Source: an uncultured Acidobacteriota bacterium (GTDB lineage Bacteria; Acidobacteriota; Thermoanaerobaculia; Gp7-AA8; CAVUJZ01). Taken from it: a stretch of 64,000 nt of DNA. Under the pieces are notes generated by a model. That model was not told the origin of the DNA, did not search any database, and saw only the letters and a program-made list of their open reading frames with translations. The stretch is from positions 15,769 through 79,768 of the forward strand of contig CAVUJZ010000027.1 in assembly GCA_963741905.1 (NCBI GenBank). The letters run 5' to 3'. Below are positions 32,053 to 42,186 of this stretch, in pieces. Both the position numbers and the translations under genes were made by a program. How positions within the stretch are numbered: the stretch's first letter is position 1; every line of letters begins with the position of its first letter.

Positions 32053-33702
32053 GTGATTGTGCAGTTCCTTCTGATCGCCCCGGCGCTCGTTGTGCTCTTC
32101 TGGGGCGCCTCCCGTTTCACCGCCTGGCGCAGACGGCAGAAGGCTCTCGAGCGGATCCGCACCCGCTGGACCGGGTCGCGCGATCGCGAGCGGAACTTCG
32201 AGGACATCGCACTCTATTTCGATCTGACCCGCGACGGCCGCCCCGGTGCGCTCGACGACGCGACCTGGCGCGATCTCGATCTCGATGCCGTCTTCGGAAT
32301 GGTCGATCGATGCGAATCTCCGGTGGGTCAACAGAGGCTCTACGCAAGGCTTCGAACCGGCGCGGACGAGCAGGATCTCGAGCGCTTCGACGGGTGGATC
32401 GAACACTTCCGCAATCATCCCCGCACCCGCGAAAGCGTGCTGGTGGAGGTCTCCCGGCTTTCGTCCGACGAGGCCTACTTCCTCCCCTGGCTGTTCCTCG
32501 ACGCTCTGCCCGACGCGCCTCCTCTCGCCCGTCTCTTTCCTCTTCTCGGCGTGGCGGTGGTGGCTGGAATCGCTCTGACCTTCTGGAACCCTGCGTTCAT
32601 CGCCCTGGTCATCCCGCTGATCCTGACCAACATCGGAATCCATCTGACCTACCGGAAAAAGGTCTTTCGCTTCATCCAGCCGCTCAGGCTCGTCGCCGAG
32701 CTGATTTCCGCCGCCCGCGCACTCGGACGCGCCAACCTGCCGGAGCTCGAGGACATCTCCCGCGAGCTCCGTGATCTCGCGGTCCGACTCCGATCGCTCG
32801 AACGGATGGCCTCATGGCTCCGTTTCGAGACGGAAGGGGGGATCGACGATCCGGTACGCCTCCTCTACCAGTATCTCAACATGTTCCTGATCGTCGACGT
32901 CTCGGTCTTCGTCTACGCTCTGGGGGGCGTTCGGCGGGAGCAGAAGGCGATCCGCCGGATCTTCGAACGGGTGGGGGATCTGGATGCGGCGGTCGCGGTG
33001 GCCTCCTTCCGCGATTCACTGGCCTGGTGGTGCACGCCGCGTTTCGACGCCGGCGGACGAAGTCTCGAAGCCGAGGATCTCTTTCATCCTCTCATCGCCG
33101 AGGCGGTGCCGAATACGTTGCGCACTGGGGGCGACTCGATCCTGATCACCGGATCGAACATGTCCGGCAAGAGCACCTTCCTCCGCACCATAGGCGTCAA
33201 TGTCGTGCTTGCCCAGACGATCCGCACCGTCGCAGCCCGCGCATGGTGTGCTCCTCGGTTTCGTCTGGCCACCTCGATCGGACGGTCGGACAGTCTGCTC
33301 GAGGGGAAGAGCTACTACCTCGCGGAGGTGGAGCGGATCGGGGAGATGCTCCATCGCAGCGAAGAGAACGGGCCGTGGCTGTTTCTGCTGGACGAGCTGT
33401 TTCGTGGCACGAATACGGTCGAGCGCGTCGCGGCGGGGAAGGCGGTTCTGCAGCACCTGAACCGGGGAAATCACCTGCTGATGGTGGCCACCCACGATCT
33501 CGAGCTCCTCGATCTGCTGGGCGAGGAGTTCACCTTCGTCCACTTCCGGGAGTCGGTCGACGAAGGTGGTCTCTCCTTTGATTACCGGCTTCGCGACGGC
33601 GTCTCCTCGACCCGCAACGCGATCGCTCTGCTCGAACTGATGGGCTTTCCCGAGGAAGTGGTCGAAGACGCGAACCGGACGGTGGAATCGCGCGAGCGGT
33701 AG
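32053..33702 (+). CDS. Membrane-anchored MutS-related ATPase (MutS domain V)
   Basis: ITGSNMSGKSTFLR, GKSYYLAEV, LDELFRGTN, ATHD; N-terminal TM helices. Confidence 0.9.
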   Translation: MIVQFLLIAPALVVLFWGASRFTAWRRRQKALERIRTRWTGSRDRERNFEDIALYFDLTRDGRPGALDDATWRDLDLDAVFGMVDRCESPVGQQRLYARLRTGADEQDLERFDGWIEHFRNHPRTRESVLVEVSRLSSDEAYFLPWLFLDALPDAPPLARLFPLLGVAVVAGIALTFWNPAFIALVIPLILTNIGIHLTYRKKVFRFIQPLRLVAELISAARALGRANLPELEDISRELRDLAVRLRSLERMASWLRFETEGGIDDPVRLLYQYLNMFLIVDVSVFVYALGGVRREQKAIRRIFERVGDLDAAVAVASFRDSLAWWCTPRFDAGGRSLEAEDLFHPLIAEAVPNTLRTGGDSILITGSNMSGKSTFLRTIGVNVVLAQTIRTVAARAWCAPRFRLATSIGRSDSLLEGKSYYLAEVERIGEMLHRSEENGPWLFLLDELFRGTNTVERVAAGKAVLQHLNRGNHLLMVATHDLELLDLLGEEFTFVHFRESVDEGGLSFDYRLRDGVSSTRNAIALLELMGFPEEVVEDANRTVESRER

Positions 33703-33788
33703 AGCGGGTCGATGGGCGGTGGGTGGAAGGGCAGGCGAGGAACCTCCTCCGATGCGACGGCAAGTTCGTTCGCCGGAGGGCTTTCAGC

Positions 33789-33844
33789 CGCGGATTTCTC
33801 CCACCGTCTCGCCTCCGCAGCAGAGATGGTGTGAGAAATCGGGG
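33789..33844. mobile_element. Short internally deleted MITE-like element
   Basis: CGGATTTCTCCCACC...GGTGTGAGAAATCGGGG; matches both ends of 34859-35037 in inverted orientation. Confidence 0.5.
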
Positions 33845-34708
33845 TTAGTGCTCCAGCATTCCGCCGGGGGTCTCTCCGGTCCAGCTTTCGATCCGATTCC
33901 GACCTCGCGCCTTCGCGGCGTAGAGAGCACGGTCGGCGCGCTCGATCAGCGCCCCGGCTCCGAGGATCGCCTCGTCGCGATCGCTCTCGAACCCGGCGAT
34001 GCCGATGGATGTCGTGATGCGGACGGAGACGCCGTTATCGCAGTCGACCGAGCTCGATTCGACCCGCTTTCGGATCCGCTCGGCCACCACCGTGGTGTCA
34101 TTGACGCGGGTTTCCGGGAGCATCAGGCAGAATTCTTCCCCGCCGTATCGCCCTGGAATGTCGTAGATCCGCGAGTTCTGCCGGAGCAGGTGACCGACCA
34201 TCTGCAGGACCAGATCGCCGGTGGGGTGGCCGAACGAGTCGTTGACCTGCTTGAAGTGGTCCAGATCGACCATCAGCAGTGACAGCGGCGAGCCGAAGCG
34301 GAGAGCGCGGTTGAGCTCCTCCTCGATTTTCTGCATCACGTATCGGCGGGTGTAGAGGCCGGTCAACGAATCCCGCGACGAGGTGTCGGTCAGCGTCTGG
34401 TTCCTCAACTCGAGCTCGGCGCGCTCCCGCTCGAGCATTCTCACCCGCTCCTCCAGCGCCAGAGAGCTCTCCCGCACCGTACGCCCGCTGAGCACCAGCG
34501 AGATCACTTCGCGGACCAGCGACGATTCCGGTTCCGTGAACGGAACGTCCTGCATCGATCGAATCGCAAGACGTCCTGCTCCGGGCAGTTGTCCCACCAC
34601 CACGGTCTCGCCCGGAGGGGTGGCAGCATCGGTCACTTCGACCCGCTTGCCGATCAGCTCGGAAAGGGCATCAAGCAGTCCTTTGACAGGTGGATCGGAG
34701 GAGCTCAT
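33845..34708 (-). CDS. Diguanylate cyclase (GGDEF)
   Basis: DSLTGL, DLDHFKQVND, RYGGEEF, ADRALYAAK. Confidence 0.93.
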   Translation of the reverse strand: MSSSDPPVKGLLDALSELIGKRVEVTDAATPPGETVVVGQLPGAGRLAIRSMQDVPFTEPESSLVREVISLVLSGRTVRESSLALEERVRMLERERAELELRNQTLTDTSSRDSLTGLYTRRYVMQKIEEELNRALRFGSPLSLLMVDLDHFKQVNDSFGHPTGDLVLQMVGHLLRQNSRIYDIPGRYGGEEFCLMLPETRVNDTTVVAERIRKRVESSSVDCDNGVSVRITTSIGIAGFESDRDEAILGAGALIERADRALYAAKARGRNRIESWTGETPGGMLEH

Positions 34709-34858
34709 GGTTGGCCTCGCGTAGATCAATGGAGAATGAGCCAGTATACCGAGGGGGAAAAAGGGGGCGCAAGGGCACGAAATTGGAGCATCGACGTCGG
34801 CCGATCGTTCCTCGGCCGCTGGCCGGAGCTCCGATGGAGAACCTGGCCCTGACTCTGG

Positions 34859-35037
34859 CCCGGATCTCTCACACCCTCTCTGCTGCGGAGGCGGAGATCG
34901 CGGCCTGTCTGCTGCGTTGTCTGCGCCTCCGGCTCCTCGACATGGTCACCACCATGCCTTCGTCGCCGAAGCCGCACGCGCCCTGCATCCAGGCCACGCT
35001 CCGCCTCCTCGCGGCGAGACGGTGTGAGAAATCCGGG
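34859..35037. mobile_element. ~180-bp MITE-like element with 17-bp terminal inverted repeats
   Basis: CCCGGATCTCTCACACC ... GGTGTGAGAAATCCGGG (1 mismatch). Confidence 0.55.
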
Positions 35038-35095
35038 GTGGCGTCGAAAAGGATCCTGCTGCGTCGGCGGCCTCTTCTGGTATCGTTTTGCCGAG

Positions 35096-36064
35096 ATGCC
35101 TGTCATTCGCTGCCCGCAGTGCAGTCAGCCATACGACATCCCACCGTCCATTGCGGTGAAGCTTCCGTCGTCGATTGCCAGATGCCATTGCGGTGAATGG
35201 CTCTGCGGCAACCGCGAGGCGTTGATCAATCGGGTTCTCGGTGATGGTCAGCTCGAGGAGATCGATCTGCAGCAGTATCGGATCGAGGAGATGGATGCGC
35301 CGGTCGCGGAAGAGATCCCCACGGATGAGGAACCATTCGATGTCGGCGGCCCACGAAGCGTCCGGATCATTGCGCACGGGGCCGACGAGAAGGTGGACGC
35401 GGTGTTCGCCATCGATCGGCACCCGCTGCTGATCGGGCGTCGGGGGTGTCACATCGAGCTCGACGACGCCGAGCTCTCCATCCGTCACTGCGAGATCGTG
35501 CGCCGTGGAGGGGATCTGCTCCTGCGCGACAGCGGATCGCACACCGGAACCTATCTCGACGGCGAACCGGTGGACGAATCGGTGCTGGGCGAGGGAATGC
35601 ATCTGGTGCGGGTGGGGAGCGCACTGGTCTGCATCGAGCCGACGGATCAGCCGGGATTTCCGGTCGAGCCGATCGAGATCGATACCCAGGACCTGCTGGG
35701 CGCCTCGCCGCTGCTGATGAAAAGACTGCTGGAGAAGGGTGCGAAGTCGCTCGACCAGGGCGGCGCCTCCCATTTTTTCCTCGTCTGCGTCGAAGGTCCC
35801 TGCACGGGTGAGGAATACGAGATTCCGATGGATGGAGGCATCGTCGGCCGCGAAGGAACCGTGCGGGTCCCGGACGAGTATCTCTCGCGAAAGCACTTCG
35901 CCTTCTTTCGCGATCCGGATGATGGAACGCTGCGGATTCGCGATCTCGGGAGCCGGAACGGCACGTTTCTCAACACCCTGCCCGCGAAGAACACCCGTGT
36001 CCACCACGGCGACGAGATCAAAGCCGGATTCAGCCGCTTCCGCGTCGAGGAGCGACGGGGGTGA
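35096..36064 (+). CDS. Zinc-ribbon + tandem FHA-domain protein
   Basis: CPQC/CHC N-terminus; IGR...SIRH...GT and VGR...SRKH...SRNGTF FHA motifs. Confidence 0.85.
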   Translation: MPVIRCPQCSQPYDIPPSIAVKLPSSIARCHCGEWLCGNREALINRVLGDGQLEEIDLQQYRIEEMDAPVAEEIPTDEEPFDVGGPRSVRIIAHGADEKVDAVFAIDRHPLLIGRRGCHIELDDAELSIRHCEIVRRGGDLLLRDSGSHTGTYLDGEPVDESVLGEGMHLVRVGSALVCIEPTDQPGFPVEPIEIDTQDLLGASPLLMKRLLEKGAKSLDQGGASHFFLVCVEGPCTGEEYEIPMDGGIVGREGTVRVPDEYLSRKHFAFFRDPDDGTLRIRDLGSRNGTFLNTLPAKNTRVHHGDEIKAGFSRFRVEERRG

Positions 36065-36132
36065 TCGCTGCTCCGCCTGCCGTTTCTGAAATCGAGCCGA
36101 ACTCCGCCCGTCTCTGATAATCTTCGGCTGCG

Positions 36133-36624
36133 ATGGACGGCAAGCGCCAGATCCGGTTGATTACATTCCGAGTCGGGACTGAACTGTTCGTGCTCGACAT
36201 CATGGCGGTCCGCCAGATCGCGGTCTATACCGGCTCGCGCCCGATTCCACACGCTCCATCCTTCATCGAAGGGATCACCGTACTTCGGAATGAGGTGGTC
36301 CCGATCATCGACCTCCGCTCGCGGCTGTTTCCTCAGCTTCCGGCCGCGGAGGAGCAACCATTCCTTCTCATCGTCCGCTCCGCGAACGGGGTACTCGGTC
36401 TGAAAGTGGATGAGGTCCGCCGGATTCTGAACGTCGATCTCGATTCCATTCTGCCGCCCTCCCAACTGGTGCGCGGGATGAGCTCGGATCTGTTCGTCGG
36501 GGTGATTCCGGTCCACCAGGATCTCTATCTGGTGCTCGATCTCGATGCGGTGCTGACCCCTGAAGAGCAGCACCAGTTGGGACATGCGGCGCTGGATCAG
36601 CACGTGGAGTCGCAGGCGGGCTGA
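36133..36624 (+). CDS. cheW: CheW-family adaptor protein
   Basis: PIPHAPSFIEGITVLRNEVVPIIDLR, GLKVDEV. Confidence 0.9.
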   Translation: MDGKRQIRLITFRVGTELFVLDIMAVRQIAVYTGSRPIPHAPSFIEGITVLRNEVVPIIDLRSRLFPQLPAAEEQPFLLIVRSANGVLGLKVDEVRRILNVDLDSILPPSQLVRGMSSDLFVGVIPVHQDLYLVLDLDAVLTPEEQHQLGHAALDQHVESQAG

Positions 36625-36725
36625 CTCCCGGACGTTTCCCCGAGGCCGCCGCGTTCCATCCCGGGGAGAGGCTCACCGCTCCCTTTGGGGTGCGGGAGGC
36701 GCTTTGCTCGAACGTCGCTCTGGTC

Positions 36726-37742
36726 TCAGAGGGATTCGTCGCGCTCGATGGTGTGGCGAAGTTCTTCCGCGGTGACCGTCGCTGTTCCCATCTTCATCAC
36801 CACGACCGATGCGGCATAGTTGGCCAGCCGGGCGGCCTCTTCGAAGCTCGCTCCCGCGGTCAGGGCCAGAGTGAACGTCGCGATCACCGTGTCCCCGGCG
36901 CCGGTCACGTCGGCGACCTGGTCGGTTCCATGAACGGGAATGGTGGTCATCCGGTTCCCTTGCCGCTCATACAAGGCCATGCCGCGGCTCCCCCGGGTGA
37001 TCAGAATGGCCTCCGCATCGAGAGCCTGTTGAATCGCCTGGGCGGCGTACTCCACGCTGACCGCTTCGTCGGGGCCCTCGAACACCGTGGTTCCGGCGGC
37101 CGCGGCCGCCTCCTCTTCGTTCGGAGTGGCTGCGGTCACATCGGGGTAGCGCAGCAGGTCGTAACGGGAATCGAGCGTGACCGGTTTTCCGTGCGCGAAG
37201 CCGGTGAGGTTCGACACGAGCCTCGAGCTGACCGAGCCATAGCCGTAGTCGGCAATCAGAGCCCCGTCGCAGATCGACATCTGGTCGCGAAGCAGCCGTG
37301 CGAAGGCCTCGTTTTCCTCCTCGGTGAGGTCCACCCACTCCTCGATGTCGTAGCGGACGATCTGCTGATGGGTGGCGTGGGGCATCCCGCCGAGGACCCG
37401 GACTTTGGTCGGCGTGTTGTAGCGATCGAGCCGGAGAATGCCTCCGCACTCGATTCCCTGGGAGGCCATCGTCTCGAGCAGAAGCTGTCCCGCCGAGTCC
37501 GCGCCGAGGACGCCGATCGGGATCGGCAACCCTCCGAGCGAGGCGATGTTCTGGATCGAGTTTCCGCCACCGCCCAGCAGAACGTCCTCTCGGGTTCGCC
37601 GGAGAATCAGCACCGGTGCCTCGCGCGAGATCCGTTTCGGACTTCCATAGATGAACTGATCGGCGACGATGTCGCCGTAGACCAGGATCAATCTCCCCTG
37701 CATCGAGTCGATCAGCTCGTGAAATCGGGCTCGTGTGACCAT
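36726..37742 (-). CDS. rfaE1: D-glycero-beta-D-manno-heptose-7-phosphate kinase (RfaE domain I, PfkB family)
   Basis: RISREAPV, DYGYG, TPNEEE, DVTGAGDTV. Confidence 0.9.
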   Translation of the reverse strand: MVTRARFHELIDSMQGRLILVYGDIVADQFIYGSPKRISREAPVLILRRTREDVLLGGGGNSIQNIASLGGLPIPIGVLGADSAGQLLLETMASQGIECGGILRLDRYNTPTKVRVLGGMPHATHQQIVRYDIEEWVDLTEEENEAFARLLRDQMSICDGALIADYGYGSVSSRLVSNLTGFAHGKPVTLDSRYDLLRYPDVTAATPNEEEAAAAAGTTVFEGPDEAVSVEYAAQAIQQALDAEAILITRGSRGMALYERQGNRMTTIPVHGTDQVADVTGAGDTVIATFTLALTAGASFEEAARLANYAASVVVMKMGTATVTAEELRHTIERDESL

Positions 37743-37885
37743 CGCGGCGAAGCATATATTCGCCGACCCCGGTGGGTCCAGCGCGGTGCGACCCTGCAGG
37801 GTGTGGACGGAACTGTCCCCATCGCGAGTGCGCGACACCCCCTTGCGACTTCTCACTTTCCCGCTTCTCCCTCTATGATCGTCGG

Positions 37886-38377
37886 GTGCACGAAACCAAC
37901 GCCCGTGTCCTGAACGAGACGGAACTGAAGCAAGCGGTGGAGCAGGATCGCACCGCCGGCCGGACCATCGCATTCGCGAACGGTTGTTTCGACCTTCTTC
38001 ATGTCGGACACATCCGCTATCTGCAGGGGGCGGCCGAAACGGCCGATGTGCTGATCGTCGGAGTCAATGCCGACGAGTCGGTCCGTGGGCTGAAGGGGCC
38101 GGGGCGGCCGCTGATGAGCGAGGGCGAGCGTGCCGAGATCGTCGCATCCATTCGCGGCGTCGACTACGTCACGATCTTCAGCGAACAGAGTCCTGCGCGG
38201 CTGATCGCCAATCTCCGGCCGGATGTCCACTGCAAAGGGACCGACTACACCGCGGACTCGGTTCCGGAGGCCTCGGTGGTGAACGCGTATGGCGGTCGGG
38301 TCGCGATCGTCGGCGATCCGAAGGATCACTCCACGACCGAAATGATCGAGCGTCTCGGCAGCGGAGGCAAACCGTGA
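37886..38377 (+). CDS. rfaE2: Heptose-1-phosphate adenylyltransferase (RfaE domain II)
   Basis: FANGCFDLLHVGHIRYL, LKGPGRP, KGTDY, HSTT. Confidence 0.92.
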   Translation: MHETNARVLNETELKQAVEQDRTAGRTIAFANGCFDLLHVGHIRYLQGAAETADVLIVGVNADESVRGLKGPGRPLMSEGERAEIVASIRGVDYVTIFSEQSPARLIANLRPDVHCKGTDYTADSVPEASVVNAYGGRVAIVGDPKDHSTTEMIERLGSGGKP

Positions 38378-38452
38378 GCCTCCCCCTTCTGGATCTCGGC
38401 GCCTCCGTCGAGCTGCTCCCGGATTCCGTTGCCGTCGCGCATTTCTCCTGAC

Positions 38453-39436
38453 ATGGCCCCGAAATCTCTGCTGATTCTCCGTCTCTCTGCTCTCGGCGAC
38501 GTGATTCACACCATGCCCGCGGTGGCCCTGCTCCGGAAGAGCTTTCCCGAAGCGCGGATGGCCTGGGTCGTCGAGGCTCCCTACGCCGAAATGATCCAGC
38601 TCGCGCTACCCGGCGTCAGCACCATTCCGGTACGGACGCGGCGTTGGCGCAGTCATCCGGCGGGAAGGGAGACCCGCCGGGAACTGAGCGCGGCGCTCCG
38701 GGCGATGAGGGAAATCGCCGGCGGTGAGACTTCGCTCGATTTTCAGGGGCTGATCAAGTCCGCCATCCTCGGTCGGCTCTCCGGGGCAGCAGATCGATAC
38801 GGGTTCGCGGCCGAAGCGATCCGGGAAAAAGCCGCACTGATGTTCATCAATGCTCCGGTCCGGGTGGATCGTTCCCGACACGTGGTGGACTGGAACCTGC
38901 AGCTTGCATCCGGAGCATTCGGGCTGACCGGACTGGCTCCGGAAGTGGATCTCGGCCCCTTCGCGACGGATCCGGAGGGAATACTCACGCCGCTGGTCGC
39001 GCTACGACCGGTAGTACTCGCACCGGGAGCCGGGCAGCCGAGGAAGCAGTGGCCCTCGGAGCGCTTCGCCGATCTCGCGACCCGACTCAGTCACCGGGGA
39101 GTTCCGGTGGTCGTAGCGTGGGGTCCGGGCGAACGCCATCTCGCGGAGGAGATTGTTGCCGGCGCTCCCGATGCGATTGTTGCGCCTCCGACGACGCTCG
39201 GACAGCTCGCAAGCCTATTGTCGAAAGCGCGAGTGCTGATCGCCGGCGATACAGGGCCGCTTCACCTTGCAGATGCCCTCGGGACTGCAGTGGTCGGTCT
39301 CTACGGTCCGACCGATCCGAATCGGAACGGCCCCTGGAAGCAGGTGGATCGCTGCGTCGAGAGCTGGACCGGCGAGAGGAGCATGGAGGCGATCACCACC
39401 GACGACGTGATGACCAGACTGGAGAGCATTCTCTGA
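38453..39436 (+). CDS. waaC: Lipopolysaccharide heptosyltransferase (GT9, WaaC-like)
   Basis: RLSALGDVIH, DFQGLIKSA, KQWP, GDTGPLHLA, LYGPTDP. Confidence 0.88.
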   Translation: MAPKSLLILRLSALGDVIHTMPAVALLRKSFPEARMAWVVEAPYAEMIQLALPGVSTIPVRTRRWRSHPAGRETRRELSAALRAMREIAGGETSLDFQGLIKSAILGRLSGAADRYGFAAEAIREKAALMFINAPVRVDRSRHVVDWNLQLASGAFGLTGLAPEVDLGPFATDPEGILTPLVALRPVVLAPGAGQPRKQWPSERFADLATRLSHRGVPVVVAWGPGERHLAEEIVAGAPDAIVAPPTTLGQLASLLSKARVLIAGDTGPLHLADALGTAVVGLYGPTDPNRNGPWKQVDRCVESWTGERSMEAITTDDVMTRLESIL

Positions 39437-40281
39437 TGATCAACAGATCCACAGTTGTGTTGACCCTGGCGGTCCTGATCGGAACCGTTTCCGGTGCGGC
39501 CGCCCAGAACCGGGCCACCCCGCAAGCCCCACCGGTGACGGCGGACGCTCGGGCCTTCGATCTCCCCGCCGACAGCTATCTCCATCGAGCGTTCACCGAG
39601 GGAGAAGTGCTCGACCTGCAGCTCTCCTGGCTTCGGATCGTCGGGGGGAGTGGCACCATGAGAATCGGACCCGTTGGGGAGGACAGCTTCCGGATGACTT
39701 CCGTGGCGAAGTCGGAAGGCGTTCTGGGCCGCCTCTACCCCATTCACGACAGCCTCGAATCCACCGTCGATGCGGAGACCTTCAGCACGACCCGCTACCG
39801 GAAAGTGCTCGACGAGCGGAACCGGAAGAAGAAGGAAGAGCTCACCACGATCGATCCGGAGGAGGGAATCGCCCGTCGCAAGGGGGATGAGATTCCGGTG
39901 CCGACCCCGGTCTTCGATCCGGTCTCGGTGATTTACTACCTCCGGACGCTCGCCCTGGACCCGGGGAGCCAGTACACGTTCAGCATCATTGCGGACGGAA
40001 AGGTCTACGATGTGAAGGCGAGCGTGGTGAAACGCGAGACGGTGGAGACGCCGGCGGGCTGGTTCCGTACGGTGGTGGTCGAGCCGAAGATGCATCGGAA
40101 AGGACCCGCGGATGGAGACGACAAGTCGATGACCCTCTGGTTCACCGATGATGAACGGCACCTGCCCGTGCGGATCCGCTCGAGCTTCTCGGCGGGATCG
40201 ATCACCGCCTCCCTCCGCGGCTACCGGATCGGAGGAGAGGAGATTTCCCCTGCCACCGGGGCGGTGAAATCGCTACAATAA
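39436..40281 (+). CDS. Secreted DUF3108-like protein
   Basis: Signal peptide; ETVETPAGWFRT, LWFTDDERHLPVRI. Confidence 0.8.
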   Translation: MINRSTVVLTLAVLIGTVSGAAAQNRATPQAPPVTADARAFDLPADSYLHRAFTEGEVLDLQLSWLRIVGGSGTMRIGPVGEDSFRMTSVAKSEGVLGRLYPIHDSLESTVDAETFSTTRYRKVLDERNRKKKEELTTIDPEEGIARRKGDEIPVPTPVFDPVSVIYYLRTLALDPGSQYTFSIIADGKVYDVKASVVKRETVETPAGWFRTVVVEPKMHRKGPADGDDKSMTLWFTDDERHLPVRIRSSFSAGSITASLRGYRIGGEEISPATGAVKSLQ

Positions 40282-40295
40282 CTGCGGGCGTTTCA

Positions 40296-40325
40296 TTGAC
40301 GGCGATTTTCACCCGATGCTAGACT
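40296..40325 (+). promoter_or_regulatory. Putative sigma70 promoter of the pil operon
   Basis: TTGACG, 18 bp spacer, TAGACT with extended TG. Confidence 0.55.
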
Positions 40326-40451
40326 CGCTGTTCAGCTTGTCTGCGCCCAAGTCGCTCGAAATGTGTCGAGTTTTCGACCACGCTGTCGCCGCTCCAACCC
40401 GGAACGACGCTCGGGGGAACGAGTTCGAAGTCTGAAACCAGTGAGAGGGGT

Positions 40452-42170
40452 ATGAGCGTACGTCTGGGAGAACTGCTGATCAAGGCCAACCTGATCACTC
40501 AGGATCAGCTCAAGGACGCCTTGAAGGCTCAAAAAGACACCGGCGGAAAGCTCGGGGAGACCCTCATCAAACTGGGGTTCGTGGCCGAGGAAGACATCAC
40601 CGAGTGCCTTTCTCAGCAGTTCGGCGTTCCGGCGATCAATCTGGCGCATTTCGAGATCGACGAGAGCGTGATCAAGCTGCTGCCGGCGGAGGTCGTGCGC
40701 AAGTACAACATCCTGCCGGTCAACAAGACCGGGGCGACGATCACCATCGCCATGGCGGATCCCACCAATGTGTTCGCCATGGACGACATCAAGTTCATGA
40801 CCGGCTACAACGTGGAGCCGGTAGTGGCCTCCGAGATCGGCATCCGGGCGGCGGTCGAGAAGTACTACGGCGCGACCCACGCGATGGAGCTGAAGAAGGT
40901 CATGGAAGACCTTCAGACCTCCGAGTCCGCGGATCTCGAAGTGCTGGAGGACGAGGACGAGCTCGACGTCGAGACCCTCGCGGCGGAGTCCGAAGAGGCT
41001 CCCGTGGTCAAGCTGGTCAATCTGATCCTGACCGACGCGATCAAGCGTGGCGCCTCCGATATCCACATCGAGCCCTACGAGAAGGAGTACCGGGTGCGGT
41101 TCAGGGTGGACGGGGTACTCTACGAGATCATGAACCCGCCGCTGAAGCTTCGTGACGCCATCACCTCGCGTGTGAAGATTCTGGCGAAGCTGGACATTGC
41201 CGAAAAGCGGTTGCCCCAGGATGGGCGGATCAAGCTGAAGATGAAGCTCCAGGACAAGAACAAGGAGCTCGATTTCCGCGTCTCGGTCCTGCCGACCCTC
41301 TTCGGGGAAAAGATCGTGCTCCGGCTGCTGGACAAGGACAACCTGATGCTCGATATGACCAAGCTGGGATTCGAGCAGGACTCGCTGGTGGCGTTCGAGG
41401 AGGCGATCTTCAAGCCCTGGGGCATGGTTCTGGTGACCGGTCCCACCGGAGCGGGCAAGACCAACACCCTCTACTCGGCACTGTCGAAGGTGAACTCGCC
41501 GGAGGTCAACATCATGACCGCGGAGGACCCGGTGGAATTCAACCTCCCGGGCATCAATCAGGTGCAGATGAAGGAGTCGATCGGGCTGAACTTCGCCGCC
41601 GCGTTGCGGTCCTTCCTGCGGCAGGATCCGAATATCGTGCTGGTCGGAGAGATTCGCGATTTCGAGACGGCGGAGATCGCGATCAAGGCGGCGCTCACCG
41701 GTCATCTGGTGCTCTCCACCCTCCACACCAACGACGCGCCGATCGACGATCAACCGACTGATGAACATGGGCATCGAGCCGTTCCTGGTGGCCACCTCGG
41801 TGCATCTGATCTGCGGCCCAGCGTCTGGTGCGCCGGATCTGCTCGAACTGCAAGGAAGAGCTGGAGATCACCGATCCGGCCCTGGCCAAGCCGGTTTCCG
41901 AAAAGAGGAGATCGGCGACGTTCAAGGTCTACAAGGGACGGCGGCTGCGACCGGTGCAACAACACCGGTTACAAGGGCCGGGTCGGACTGATACGAGGTG
42001 ATGCAGATCGGCGACGACATCCGGGATCTGATCATGGCCGGTGGATCGGCGATCGAGATCGGGAAAAGGCGATCGAGAATGGAATGATTAGCCTGCGTCG
42101 GTCCGGGTTGTATAAAATCAAGGACGGAATCACGACCATCGAAGAGGTCGTCCGCGAGACGGTCCTGTGA
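40452..42170 (+). CDS. pilB: Type IV-A pilus assembly ATPase; several compensating frameshifts at ~41740-42070
   Basis: RLGELL N-terminus, ASDIHIEP, GPTGAGKT, LRQDPN, GEIRD, STLHTNDA; MNMGIEPFLVA lies in another frame. Confidence 0.95.
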   Translation: MSVRLGELLIKANLITQDQLKDALKAQKDTGGKLGETLIKLGFVAEEDITECLSQQFGVPAINLAHFEIDESVIKLLPAEVVRKYNILPVNKTGATITIAMADPTNVFAMDDIKFMTGYNVEPVVASEIGIRAAVEKYYGATHAMELKKVMEDLQTSESADLEVLEDEDELDVETLAAESEEAPVVKLVNLILTDAIKRGASDIHIEPYEKEYRVRFRVDGVLYEIMNPPLKLRDAITSRVKILAKLDIAEKRLPQDGRIKLKMKLQDKNKELDFRVSVLPTLFGEKIVLRLLDKDNLMLDMTKLGFEQDSLVAFEEAIFKPWGMVLVTGPTGAGKTNTLYSALSKVNSPEVNIMTAEDPVEFNLPGINQVQMKESIGLNFAAALRSFLRQDPNIVLVGEIRDFETAEIAIKAALTGHLVLSTLHTNDAPIDDQPTDEHGHRAVPGGHLGASDLRPSVWCAGSARTARKSWRSPIRPWPSRFPKRGDRRRSRSTRDGGCDRCNNTGYKGRVGLIRGDADRRRHPGSDHGRWIGDRDREKAIENGMISLRRSGLYKIKDGITTIEEVVRETVL

Positions 42171-42186
42171 GTAAAGCGAGAAAGCC

